From Planctomycetota bacterium (GTDB lineage Bacteria > Planctomycetota > Planctomycetia > Pirellulales > Lacipirellulaceae), in NCBI GenBank assembly GCA_039190745.1, contig JBCCXZ010000007.1:1-64000 (forward strand): 64,000 bases of DNA, written 5' to 3'. Shown one piece after another: positions 38,938 to 48,041 of this stretch. The notes under the pieces are model-generated. The model was not told the origin of the DNA. It saw nothing but the letters and a program-made list of their open reading frames with translations, and ran no database searches. The position numbers and the translations under genes were made by a program. Numbering within the stretch: the first letter of the stretch is position 1; each line of letters begins with the position of its first letter.

Positions 38938-40368
38938 CTAGCCTGCCGCAAAGGCTCGCCGCCGCAACGGCCGAGATGCTAAGGTCTTCAAAGGCAGCCG
39001 GGCCGATGTCTGGCCTCGAACGTCAACGGTTCTCAACGGGCAAATGAGGTAGAGAACTACCATCGAAGGAACATGCCTCAGCCAATCGAACACCATATGA
39101 CTGAGCAAAGCCGACTCAAAACTACTCGCCACCTGCAACCCAGCTACCGCTACGACAAAGCCCAATCGACCACCAGGTGATACGAGCAACACCGAAACAA
39201 TCGCCGTAGAGGTCGCTAATACAATGGCCGCTATTGCGAAGCCGGCGCTCCGAAAGTTCCCGTAAGCGTCGGTCAGGATGCAGCTCTGGTAATCAGGCTG
39301 ATTGATCCCCGCGTACTCGTACATCAGGTAGTACTTCGGGGTGGTAGCCAAGCTGGCCTTGATCGCCTTTGCGCCCTCAGCGTCCCAGAGGTAGCCCACG
39401 GTCGCCAGCACACTTGGATACCAACTCCGCCCCCAGGAAGCGCCATCCGCAGCAATCGCAGGGCCCATCCGGGCGATCAGATCGATCCCGTCAAGTCGGC
39501 TCGCCGATTTCAGCAAGCCTCCGGTGAGCTCCCCATCCGTCTCGCCAGAACCCGAAACAACCGCAGCCAGAGTCTCGCCAATCGTACCCTGCCAGTGATC
39601 TCGAAACTTGACAGTAAAAGCAATCCCCGCACACGCTGCGAGACCTGCTAACGCCAGTCTTAAAGAGGCCTTTCCAGAGCGCGGGCTCTGGCTCACCGAC
39701 TCACAAAGCATGTAGACGGCCGAGAGCAGCGCGAAAGTAACCACTAAAGCGAATCGGCTATTGAGACAGACAACCAGCAGTTGACCACAGAGGGTGATCG
39801 CTAAGACCGACCCCGTAAGCCGCTTGTTGGAGCGAGTTTTTGCGAAGTGGAAGGCGATATAGCTGACCATCACGAGGGATAGCAGCAGGCGATCGAAAGT
39901 CCGGATGATGAGGTAAGCCGAACCGGGGAGGTGCAGGTACTCCGCAGCCAGAGCCTGGTGGCCAATCCGCCGGAAGAGCAAATCATACTGAAGCAGCGTG
40001 AACACGTAGACGAAAGTACCGACCCCGGAGATCACCGCGAAAAACGGCAACGTCGACTCGTTCACTACAAGTGCCCGCCCGGCCCAGCGTTTTCCTGCCC
40101 AGGCTCGGACCGACGAATGGGTAAGGACGAACACAGGCAGAAAAACCAATAGACAAAGCAACTCGGCATACAGGTACCAATCTCCCAGGCCAGAGCCAGC
40201 CAAACCTGTGTCGAACACTACGCAAGCCGGAGCCAGAAAGCAGTAAACAACCGCTTGGGCCAAGACAAACAGGAAGAATGCATCTCGCCGGAGCGACGAC
40301 CCAGAAACCACAGCTGCTACGAACACCAGCGAGAAAAGTAACACAACTAGGTGAATCTGCAGTGGCAT
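38938..40368 (-). CDS. Polytopic membrane protein, probable Wzy polymerase
   Basis: About 10-11 hydrophobic segments with a large late loop (RLDGIDL), next to the flippase; assignment by topology and context. Confidence 0.6.
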   Translation of the reverse strand: MPLQIHLVVLLFSLVFVAAVVSGSSLRRDAFFLFVLAQAVVYCFLAPACVVFDTGLAGSGLGDWYLYAELLCLLVFLPVFVLTHSSVRAWAGKRWAGRALVVNESTLPFFAVISGVGTFVYVFTLLQYDLLFRRIGHQALAAEYLHLPGSAYLIIRTFDRLLLSLVMVSYIAFHFAKTRSNKRLTGSVLAITLCGQLLVVCLNSRFALVVTFALLSAVYMLCESVSQSPRSGKASLRLALAGLAACAGIAFTVKFRDHWQGTIGETLAAVVSGSGETDGELTGGLLKSASRLDGIDLIARMGPAIAADGASWGRSWYPSVLATVGYLWDAEGAKAIKASLATTPKYYLMYEYAGINQPDYQSCILTDAYGNFRSAGFAIAAIVLATSTAIVSVLLVSPGGRLGFVVAVAGLQVASSFESALLSHMVFDWLRHVPSMVVLYLICPLRTVDVRGQTSARLPLKTLASRPLRRRAFAAG

Positions 40369-40527
40369 CTAAGTGCTGCGACCTTACCGAATCGAACGAG
40401 GCGGCACAGGGCGTACTGGCGAGGCATCCGGCGCCCAGAGACGGGGCGGAGACTGTAGGAGGCAAACAGCTGGTCGTCAACACGACTAGCAGCCCGTCAA
40501 TCTAGCAACAACGAGAGCCCCCAACGT

Positions 40528-42159
40528 TCAAACCTTCTTCCTGAGCAGAGACCCCACGACGCCGAGGAGCGCACCGCGATCTTCCGCGTCCAGCACCCAC
40601 CTCCAGGCGGCCAGCAGACACCCCGCCCAAAGGCAGCATACGACCGCTGGCTGGCCCTGCAGAGCAAGCGGTGTCGCGGCCCAGGCTAGTCCGGTCACAA
40701 CCAGTGCGTAAATGATCGGCCTCGCTAGAAAGTGGTTCAAGTAGGAAGGCCAACCAAGGGCCAGGGCACGTTGCACCAGCGGCGGCACGGCGACAAATCC
40801 AAGGATGCTGCCGAGCAAGGACCCCGCCGCGATGCCCGCCAATGGTTCAGAGCCCCAAGAGCCACATGCAAGAGCAAGCAAAGCTGCCAGGACGGCCTTC
40901 ACGGCCACACAAACTGCCAAACGCTGATGGCAGTCCATAGCCATCAGGAAGAGCACGGGCGTGCAGAAGAGCGCGTCGCAAAGAAACGACATTGCAATCA
41001 ACCAGAAAACCAAGTCCCCGGGGTAAGACCCTGGGCCCAGCCAGGCATCGACAAAAGACTCGGCAAAAGGCGCAAATACCGCCACTCCTAGCACAGAAGC
41101 CAACGCCGAGAGTTTCGTGAGAAGCTTAGCGCTAGACGCGAGCCTCGCCTGATCGCCGTGCGTAGACCACATCACAACGTAAGGCTGAGCAGCGCGGGGC
41201 AGTCCCGTGATCAGGCCCAAACCCGCACCCCGGGAGAGGTTAGTCAGGAGGAAGAAAGCCGGCGCGGCTGCTAGGGAGTCTAACCGCGGCACCATCAAAG
41301 CAGCCACGCTCCGCTCGATTACTCCAGATGCGCTTATCAAGAAGAAAAAGAACGAACTCGAAGTGAGGCCACGCAGCAAAGATGGGTCAAAACGCGAAAC
41401 TCGCAGCCGAGCCCAGTCCCCAAGCCGGTTGGAAGAAAAGGAAATTGCTGCTGCACTCACCAGCAGGACTGAATTAAACGCCACCGTCGCACCGAGTAAA
41501 CCGAAGCCCGCAAGTATGGCAGCCGCCGTCGCCGCCAGCGAGGCCGCTGTACCGAGCAACTCCCACCACAAACGTAGCGGCAGCCGACGAGTCCCCATTA
41601 AAACTGCCGGGAAAACCAGCATGGGGATCCTCGACAACGCGAGTACCGTTGATACGACCAGACACACCCGCAGTGTCGACTCGTAGCCCAATTCAGAATC
41701 TGCGAGCAAGAGCCGCCCGATAGGAAACCAGTACACGCAAGCAACGGCTACCGAGCCGATCGATCCTACGAGAATCCAGTAGAGCACATGGGCGGTCGCC
41801 GTGATCTGACCAACCGCTTCAAGACGCCCCTGTGTATAAGCCTGCCCAATCCTGTTCACGATTGTCTGGCCTAACCCCGACTCGGAGAGGCTCAGGTACA
41901 TAGTGACAGTGCAAATCGTGATCCAAAGCCCGCACTGCTGCGCGCCAAGCAAAGTTATCATCAGTGGCATCAGCAAGAGATGCCCGCCAGCGCGTAGCAG
42001 CGTGTTCGCAACGATCAGTGCGTTTGCGAGAATAGTGGCGAAGACCGCAGATTCGCCGGCCGCACCTAAACGGGACTCCACCGAAGGAAGCGCACCCGCA
42101 ACCTGCGGATTGTCGAGACCAACGATTCGTCTCGGGCGTTTCTCGGCTACGGCTTCCAT
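40528..42159 (-). CDS. Wzx-type oligosaccharide flippase
   Basis: 12+ TM segments, LLMPLMITLLGAQQCGLW, LSESGLG, FVDAWLG. Confidence 0.82.
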   Translation of the reverse strand: MEAVAEKRPRRIVGLDNPQVAGALPSVESRLGAAGESAVFATILANALIVANTLLRAGGHLLLMPLMITLLGAQQCGLWITICTVTMYLSLSESGLGQTIVNRIGQAYTQGRLEAVGQITATAHVLYWILVGSIGSVAVACVYWFPIGRLLLADSELGYESTLRVCLVVSTVLALSRIPMLVFPAVLMGTRRLPLRLWWELLGTAASLAATAAAILAGFGLLGATVAFNSVLLVSAAAISFSSNRLGDWARLRVSRFDPSLLRGLTSSSFFFFLISASGVIERSVAALMVPRLDSLAAAPAFFLLTNLSRGAGLGLITGLPRAAQPYVVMWSTHGDQARLASSAKLLTKLSALASVLGVAVFAPFAESFVDAWLGPGSYPGDLVFWLIAMSFLCDALFCTPVLFLMAMDCHQRLAVCVAVKAVLAALLALACGSWGSEPLAGIAAGSLLGSILGFVAVPPLVQRALALGWPSYLNHFLARPIIYALVVTGLAWAATPLALQGQPAVVCCLWAGCLLAAWRWVLDAEDRGALLGVVGSLLRKKV

Positions 42160-42388
42160 GCAACACTCGATACCCGCGGTGTCTGCCTAGAACCCGCAGG
42201 CTCTCGGCGTCTCAGAGGCAGCGAAAAGGTATCGCCGCTGAATGCCCCCCGCAATGCCGGGCTGAACAACAAACCAGCTAGCAGCCCCAACAAGGGATTG
42301 ACCTCGCGGCCTGTTCTGTCTGCATGTATATCCTCCTGCCCACCCGCGCTCTCGCTGTTCGCCGCCTGAAACCCTAGGGCTGCCGCCA

Positions 42389-43243
42389 ATGTTCGGTCCG
42401 CTCCACGCACTCCACGCCAACCCACTGCTCCGGAAAGTGGCCCTGCCGCTGCTCCGAAGCCTCAATCCGGGGGACATCACCCTCCGACACCACTACACCG
42501 GCGCACCGGTCCGGCTCCACAGCTTCCGCCACAAGGGGTACTGGTTTCACGGCAGACGCCGCGAGCAGGAGACCATGGAGTTCTTCCGCCGTTTGCTAGC
42601 TCCCGGTGACTGTGTGATAGAAGTCGGGGGCCACATCGGGTACATCTCACTCTACTTCGCCGACCTCGTGGGCCCCGCAGGCCGGGTGATGGTCTTCGAG
42701 CCTGGATCGAACAACATCCCGTACATCAGGCAAAACGTAGCAAGCATCCAGCAGATCGATCTCAAGGAAGTTGCCGTGTCCGACCAAGACGGCATTGCTA
42801 GCTTCTTCGAGGAAGAACTGACCGGCCAGAACAACTCACTACACGCAGACTATGACGTCTTCCAAGAGAACCGCCACCGGGCCTTCGCAAGCGAGGAATA
42901 CTCGAAAAGAAGAGTCGAAACCATACGGCTCGATACGCTACTATCCGGTGAAGGCCTGACGCCAGATCTGATAAAGATTGACATCGAGGGCGCTGAATTG
43001 ATGGCCCTCAAGGGGGCACGTGAGACGCTATCCCGGGCGTGTCCGGTCGTCATGGTCGAGGTTACCCGTCAGAAAGCAGAGGTCTTCGCATTCTTCGAGG
43101 GCCTCGGGTACCAACTTTTCAACGACACAGGCGTAAGGCTCGACCGGCCCGATGCCATGGATTTCAACGTCTGTGCTCTACACCCGGAAAAGCACGTCGA
43201 GAAACTCGACCAGCTCTCGTGGAACAGGGCTCAAGCGGCCTAG
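42389..43243 (+). CDS. FkbM family methyltransferase
   Basis: VIEVGGHIGY, VMVFEP, AVSD, RLD, IKIDIEGAE. Confidence 0.92.
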   Translation: MFGPLHALHANPLLRKVALPLLRSLNPGDITLRHHYTGAPVRLHSFRHKGYWFHGRRREQETMEFFRRLLAPGDCVIEVGGHIGYISLYFADLVGPAGRVMVFEPGSNNIPYIRQNVASIQQIDLKEVAVSDQDGIASFFEEELTGQNNSLHADYDVFQENRHRAFASEEYSKRRVETIRLDTLLSGEGLTPDLIKIDIEGAELMALKGARETLSRACPVVMVEVTRQKAEVFAFFEGLGYQLFNDTGVRLDRPDAMDFNVCALHPEKHVEKLDQLSWNRAQAA

Positions 43244-43273
43244 GGAGAATCCCAACTTCGTTCCCAAAAGTGG

Positions 43274-43939
43274 CTATGCCAGCGCTTCGATCAAGTATGC
43301 GGGCAAAGCCTCATCGGGGGTGGAGCCGAAGTCCTGGGGATGGACGTTCCGACCGTCTGACAGCAAGCATACCGTTGTCCAACCGAGTTTATTCGGGGCG
43401 ATGAAGTCTTTCCGCAGATTGTCTCCTACGTAGACGTACTGCCTCTTGCCGAAGCGCTCCTCCACGCGCTGGAAACCAACCGCAGCAGGCTTCCAGGCGC
43501 CGATCTCCTCAGCCACCACGATCTCTTGCACCCACTGTTCAAGGCCAAGGGCCTGGATCTTTTGGCGCTGGGTCACCGACCTGCCGTCGGTTATCAAGCC
43601 TAGTGGATGGCTGTTCCTGGAAAGTTGCTCGAGCAGCGCCCGGACCGAGTGGCTTAGCCGGATATCGGGACGGTGGGTACGCAGCACGCACACCAGCTCA
43701 TCCTTCTGAAAGCCGAGCCTGTGTGAAGCGATAAGAGATGCTAAAACGTCGGGATCACCCGAGTCAAAACCCCGGTTCAAATCGGCCGAAAACAGTGCTG
43801 CCCGGTCAGAATCGACATGCCTTGCTACCGCGTGAAACCCCGACCGCACATAGTCCCGTTCTTTGTACAGCGTGTCGTCCAAATCGAACACAACAGCACA
43901 GCCTTCAGGCAGCGGAATCTCTGACAAACACCTGGCCAT
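43274..43939 (-). CDS. HAD family hydrolase
   Basis: VVFDLDDTLY, LITDGR, KP, YVGDNLRKDF..PNKLGW. Confidence 0.9.
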   Translation of the reverse strand: MARCLSEIPLPEGCAVVFDLDDTLYKERDYVRSGFHAVARHVDSDRAALFSADLNRGFDSGDPDVLASLIASHRLGFQKDELVCVLRTHRPDIRLSHSVRALLEQLSRNSHPLGLITDGRSVTQRQKIQALGLEQWVQEIVVAEEIGAWKPAAVGFQRVEERFGKRQYVYVGDNLRKDFIAPNKLGWTTVCLLSDGRNVHPQDFGSTPDEALPAYLIEALA

Positions 43940-44879
43940 CGTAACGCAGCATGGTAAGTCCTGCTTCCCAATCATGGAAATCCTCGAGAGGTTCATCTCG
44001 GCAGTACTCGCGTAGCAACCAACCGGGGTAGTTTGCTCCCGCTTCGTAACTCAGGGGATACCCGCCGCCGAACCGCGGGTTGATCTCAATGCCGAGCAGC
44101 TCACCCGTTGTTGCATGACGGAAGACCTGAGCCGTCAGGCATCCACGGGCGCCTCGCAGTCCCGCAAAGCAATCCCACAGCTGACAGTACTCCGGTAATC
44201 GCGTGGTCCTGCCCTTACTCACCTCGCCGGCACGCGTTTCCAAACGGAGCCTCGGAACAAGACACTTCAGCGTGCCCTCTACGTCGTAGTAAAGATCGAT
44301 CGTGAACTCCTCGTAGACCGCGGGGTCGACGTACTCGTTCAGAACCATCTGTGGCTCTTCAGGCCCGAGAGCAAGCAGCTCGTCTCTAGACCGCAAGAGC
44401 CGTACACCTTGACTGCAGCTACCGCCGACTGGACGAGCAAAAAGCGGATAGTCCGATTCCGCCGGGTTCTCCACTAGGCGTGGGCTCTTGATGCCGATCC
44501 CGCCGAAGAGGTCTTCGGCACGCCTCTTATCTCGACATGCCTCCACAAGCGCAAGATCGGAAACCGCAACCGACACGCCGCGGTCTTGGAAACGCCGACG
44601 ACTCTCGGCAAGCGATTGGAGCTCGGTGTCGATCGTGGGTACGACAAGCGCGACGTCGTGCTCCTCGCACAACTCAAGCAGCACCGGCACGTAGTCCAGC
44701 GAGCTGACTCTAGGTAGTGCAAATGCGCGATCAGCGAGCTTGCACGCGGCGGACATACCGGGACGCAAGTCGCCCGCAAAAACCTGGGCGCCCGGTAAGG
44801 AGCCGGCGGCTTCGCGTTGGAAGACCTGCACAAGCACACCCCGACGGCCAGCAGAAGTGATCAGAACGTTCCCTCGCAT
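43905..44879 (-). CDS. ATP-grasp domain protein (short CarB-like family of polysaccharide loci)
   Basis: NVLITSAGRR, VPTIDTEL, CRDK, EFTID, RAGEVSKG, EINPRFGGGYP. Confidence 0.9.
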   Translation of the reverse strand: MRGNVLITSAGRRGVLVQVFQREAAGSLPGAQVFAGDLRPGMSAACKLADRAFALPRVSSLDYVPVLLELCEEHDVALVVPTIDTELQSLAESRRRFQDRGVSVAVSDLALVEACRDKRRAEDLFGGIGIKSPRLVENPAESDYPLFARPVGGSCSQGVRLLRSRDELLALGPEEPQMVLNEYVDPAVYEEFTIDLYYDVEGTLKCLVPRLRLETRAGEVSKGRTTRLPEYCQLWDCFAGLRGARGCLTAQVFRHATTGELLGIEINPRFGGGYPLSYEAGANYPGWLLREYCRDEPLEDFHDWEAGLTMLRYDGQVFVRDSAA

Positions 44880-44890
44880 ACGCCTCTCCC

Positions 44891-46108
44891 TTAAGCCGCT
44901 GCATGAGCATTTGTCGACAAACGTTCGGGCAGTGCCGCGATGGCGTCCACCCAAGACTGGACCTGCGCCTCTGGGATGGTCGGGTGTACCGGGATCATGA
45001 GACTGGTCTCCCCGAGTTCTCGGGCAACAAGATGACGCTCCGCAGGGCGCCAACTTAAGGGGAAGGCCTCCTCTAAGTAGATTTCACTACAACTACCAGA
45101 AAAGCACGGTACACCCTCGTCTCGGAGAGTTCGTATCAAACGATCACGGTCCCAGCCGCGAGGGAGGCGGTCCGGTTCCACAAAGCAGTAAAACTTGTAG
45201 CCGGCGTGGCAAGCCTCGGGCCCGGGAAGCGGAGCCCTCAAGAACTGCGTCTCAGCACAGGCAGCCGCCAAACGCAAGAGATTTCGTCTACGCGTCGCGG
45301 ACCATTCCGGCATCCGGGTCAGTTGGACCCGGCCGATAGCCGCCTGCATCTCCGTCATCCGGAAGTTGGAACCAAACCCCTCGTGCAACCAACGGAACTT
45401 GCTGGATGGGGGTTGTCGATCGTAGTACGCCGAAGGCGTCTTCCCGTGATCTTTGTACCTCCAAGCGCGATCCCAGAGATCTGAACGATTGGTGGTCAGC
45501 ATGCCGCCCTCGCCTCCGGTCGACATAATCTTATCTTGGCAGAAAGAGAAAGCCGCGACGTCTCCGAGTGACCCGACCCGGCGGCCTTTGTACTCCGCCC
45601 CGTGGGCCTGCGCACAGTCCTCCACCACACCGATCCCCCGCCCGCGCACAAGATCGATAATCGGGGCCGCGTCACACGGCCAACCGGCCAAATGCACTAA
45701 GATCACCGCTTTGGTCCTCTGCGAGAGTTGCGGCTCGACCGTGGCGGCGTTGAGCGTTTGGCTGTCCCGATCGACATCGGCACAAACCGGGCGGGCCCCG
45801 CGGGCGACCACGCTGCTGGCCGTTGCAATAAACGTGCGGCTCGGGACGACCACTTCATCACCAGGGCCAACCCCCAAAGAATGCAAAGCCAGCTCAAGAG
45901 CAAGCGTGCCATTGGCTGTTGCCACCGCGTGCCGACACCCGCAGTACGCGGCAAACTCTGCTTCAAACTGCCGGCCTTGGTTGCCGGTCCAGTAATTTAC
46001 CTGCCCGGAACGGAGTACCGAATTCACCGCGGCGATCGATTCCTCGTCGTACTCAGGCCAAGCAGGAGGGGCGCTCCCAGCTCCGCGTTGACCAACCATC
46101 GCAAGCAT
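44891..46108 (-). CDS. DegT/DnrJ/EryC1/StrS sugar aminotransferase (PglE/EpsN-like)
   Basis: NGTLALELAL, VHLAGWP, EDCAQAHGA, FSFCQDKIMSTGGEGG, GSNFRMTEMQAAIG. Confidence 0.94.
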   Translation of the reverse strand: MLAMVGQRGAGSAPPAWPEYDEESIAAVNSVLRSGQVNYWTGNQGRQFEAEFAAYCGCRHAVATANGTLALELALHSLGVGPGDEVVVPSRTFIATASSVVARGARPVCADVDRDSQTLNAATVEPQLSQRTKAVILVHLAGWPCDAAPIIDLVRGRGIGVVEDCAQAHGAEYKGRRVGSLGDVAAFSFCQDKIMSTGGEGGMLTTNRSDLWDRAWRYKDHGKTPSAYYDRQPPSSKFRWLHEGFGSNFRMTEMQAAIGRVQLTRMPEWSATRRRNLLRLAAACAETQFLRAPLPGPEACHAGYKFYCFVEPDRLPRGWDRDRLIRTLRDEGVPCFSGSCSEIYLEEAFPLSWRPAERHLVARELGETSLMIPVHPTIPEAQVQSWVDAIAALPERLSTNAHAAA

Positions 46109-46153
46109 GTCACTCCTCGTGAAGTAGGGACCAAGGGGATAATGGTCTCGCGT

Positions 46154-48040
46154 TCAAGCCGCGTGACTTTCCGTCGAATACTCTGTTTGGGCGACTCGTC
46201 TCGTCGAAGAGCCTTGGAAGACCGGCATCGTCGGATGGCCTTCGGCCGAAACGCCCGAGCGACTCAACACGTTCACTACCGTTTGGCACAAGATCTTCAA
46301 GTCCCCGCTTAAAGAAACCGCACGCGTGTACTGGACATCGAGCGCAAACTTCTCTTCCCAAGCCAGCCCATTCCGGCCCGAGACCTGCGCGAGCCCCGTG
46401 AGCCCAGGCTTTACGTCATGGCGACGGCGCTGCTCATCAGAGTATCGCGGCAAGTACTCGGGGAGTAATGGCCGCGGCCCGACTAGGCTCATATCACCGC
46501 GGACAACGTTCCAAAGCCCGGGAAGCTCATCCAGGCTTGAAGCCCGAAGCCATTGCCCAAGCTTCGTCAAACGCACACCGTCGCTCAATGAATTCCCATC
46601 CGCATCGTATGCGTCACGCATGCTTCGGAACTTCAGCATCTCGAACTGGCTCTCGTTCAGACCCGGTCGTTGCTGCCGGAAAAGTATTGGGGAGCCCATC
46701 CGTAGACGGATCACCACGGAAATCAGCAACATAGGCAGTGCCGACAACGCCAGCGCGGGAACCGCAATCGACAAGTCGAACAGCCTCTTACCGCGTTTCG
46801 CATAAAACTTTGCCCATCTGGATTTCTGCTGTGCGCGCTCCAGTGAACCTTCGATTCGATCGATCTGCTCGGACCGACAAAAATCGCGCCGGAAGAGCTG
46901 CCGCGCAGCCGTTGCGTAGGATTCCCGCTCTTCCTCCGAGAGGCTAACAAACCCCCGAATCGCCGAAGCCATAGACTGTGCGTCGGAAGGAACCGCGACG
47001 ACGCCGCATCCGTTCTCACGCACGAGGTCCGACGCCTCGCCGGCCACGGCCATCAACAGTGGACGACCACTAGAAAGGTAATCGACCGTCTTCGACGGGA
47101 TCGACACCTCCGACATCGGGTCTTGCTTCAGGTGCACCAACAAGAGGTCCGACAGAGCGAACATCTTGGTTATTTCGCAAGGCTTGCGTCGACCAATAAA
47201 GCGGACGTTCTGCAATCCCATCTCGGAAACACGGCGCGTGAGATCCTCTCGTTCGACGCCATCGCCAGCGATCGTGAAGAGAATCTCTGGTCGGTCTCGT
47301 AAGAGGTCCGCCGCGTCGAGCACAGTCTGCAACTGTTGGCACGGCCCGATCGCCCCGGCGTACAGGATGTTAAATCTTCCAGAGAACCCCTCATCCAAGG
47401 CAAAGGCCTCATCTTGAGCGACCTCTCCGAACAAACCCTTGGCAGGCCACCAACGCACAAGGTTAATCTTCGCGGGGTCAACCCCTAGCCCAATGAGGTT
47501 CTGTCGGTACCCCTCGGTAAGTACGTTTATCTCAGCCGCACCCATATATATGAACTTCGCTAACCTACGGATCAGGCTCAGGAGCCGCTGATCGCGGAGC
47601 ATTCCGCTCGCCGCGACGCTCTCGGGCCAGAGATCAGCGAGATCGACGACATAAGGCACTCTCCTAAGCCGGCTGTAGGCCCATGCAGCTAGACCGGTCG
47701 GCAGAGCCGACTGGTAGACCATTACAACGTCAGGCCGTTCCGCACGGAGAAGACCGAGCCACACTGCGTTGAACGCAAATGAGAGGTAGTACAGAACTCG
47801 ACGGATGACCGATCGGCTGTGGTCTGGCATCTGCGGCACCCGAAGAACATCGACCCCGTCGAGCGTTTCACGACCACGAAGGGATTGCCGATAACCCGGG
47901 TAAGTCTTGCCGGCGGGGTAACAGGGAAAACCTGTTAACACCTGAACATCGTGACCTCGCTTCTTCAGCTCGCACGCCAAGTCAACCAGCCGGCCGGCCG
48001 GCTCGGGTGCGTAGTACTGAGTGAGCCACAGTATCTTCAT
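46154..48040 (-). CDS. Fusion of WbuB-like GT4 glycosyltransferase and PglC-like phosphoglycosyltransferase
   Basis: N-term MKILWLTQYYAPE, GFPCYPAG, DLWPES, IPSK; C-term KRLFDL, KFRSM, SLDELPGLWNVVRGDMSLVGPRP, KPGLTGLAQVSGRN. Confidence 0.92.
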   Translation of the reverse strand: MKILWLTQYYAPEPAGRLVDLACELKKRGHDVQVLTGFPCYPAGKTYPGYRQSLRGRETLDGVDVLRVPQMPDHSRSVIRRVLYYLSFAFNAVWLGLLRAERPDVVMVYQSALPTGLAAWAYSRLRRVPYVVDLADLWPESVAASGMLRDQRLLSLIRRLAKFIYMGAAEINVLTEGYRQNLIGLGVDPAKINLVRWWPAKGLFGEVAQDEAFALDEGFSGRFNILYAGAIGPCQQLQTVLDAADLLRDRPEILFTIAGDGVEREDLTRRVSEMGLQNVRFIGRRKPCEITKMFALSDLLLVHLKQDPMSEVSIPSKTVDYLSSGRPLLMAVAGEASDLVRENGCGVVAVPSDAQSMASAIRGFVSLSEEERESYATAARQLFRRDFCRSEQIDRIEGSLERAQQKSRWAKFYAKRGKRLFDLSIAVPALALSALPMLLISVVIRLRMGSPILFRQQRPGLNESQFEMLKFRSMRDAYDADGNSLSDGVRLTKLGQWLRASSLDELPGLWNVVRGDMSLVGPRPLLPEYLPRYSDEQRRRHDVKPGLTGLAQVSGRNGLAWEEKFALDVQYTRAVSLSGDLKILCQTVVNVLSRSGVSAEGHPTMPVFQGSSTRRVAQTEYSTESHAA

Positions 48041-48041
48041 G

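Noticed and set aside
43905..44879. Carbamoyl-phosphate synthase
   Set aside because: Only 324 aa with a single ATP-grasp domain, in a sugar-pathway context.
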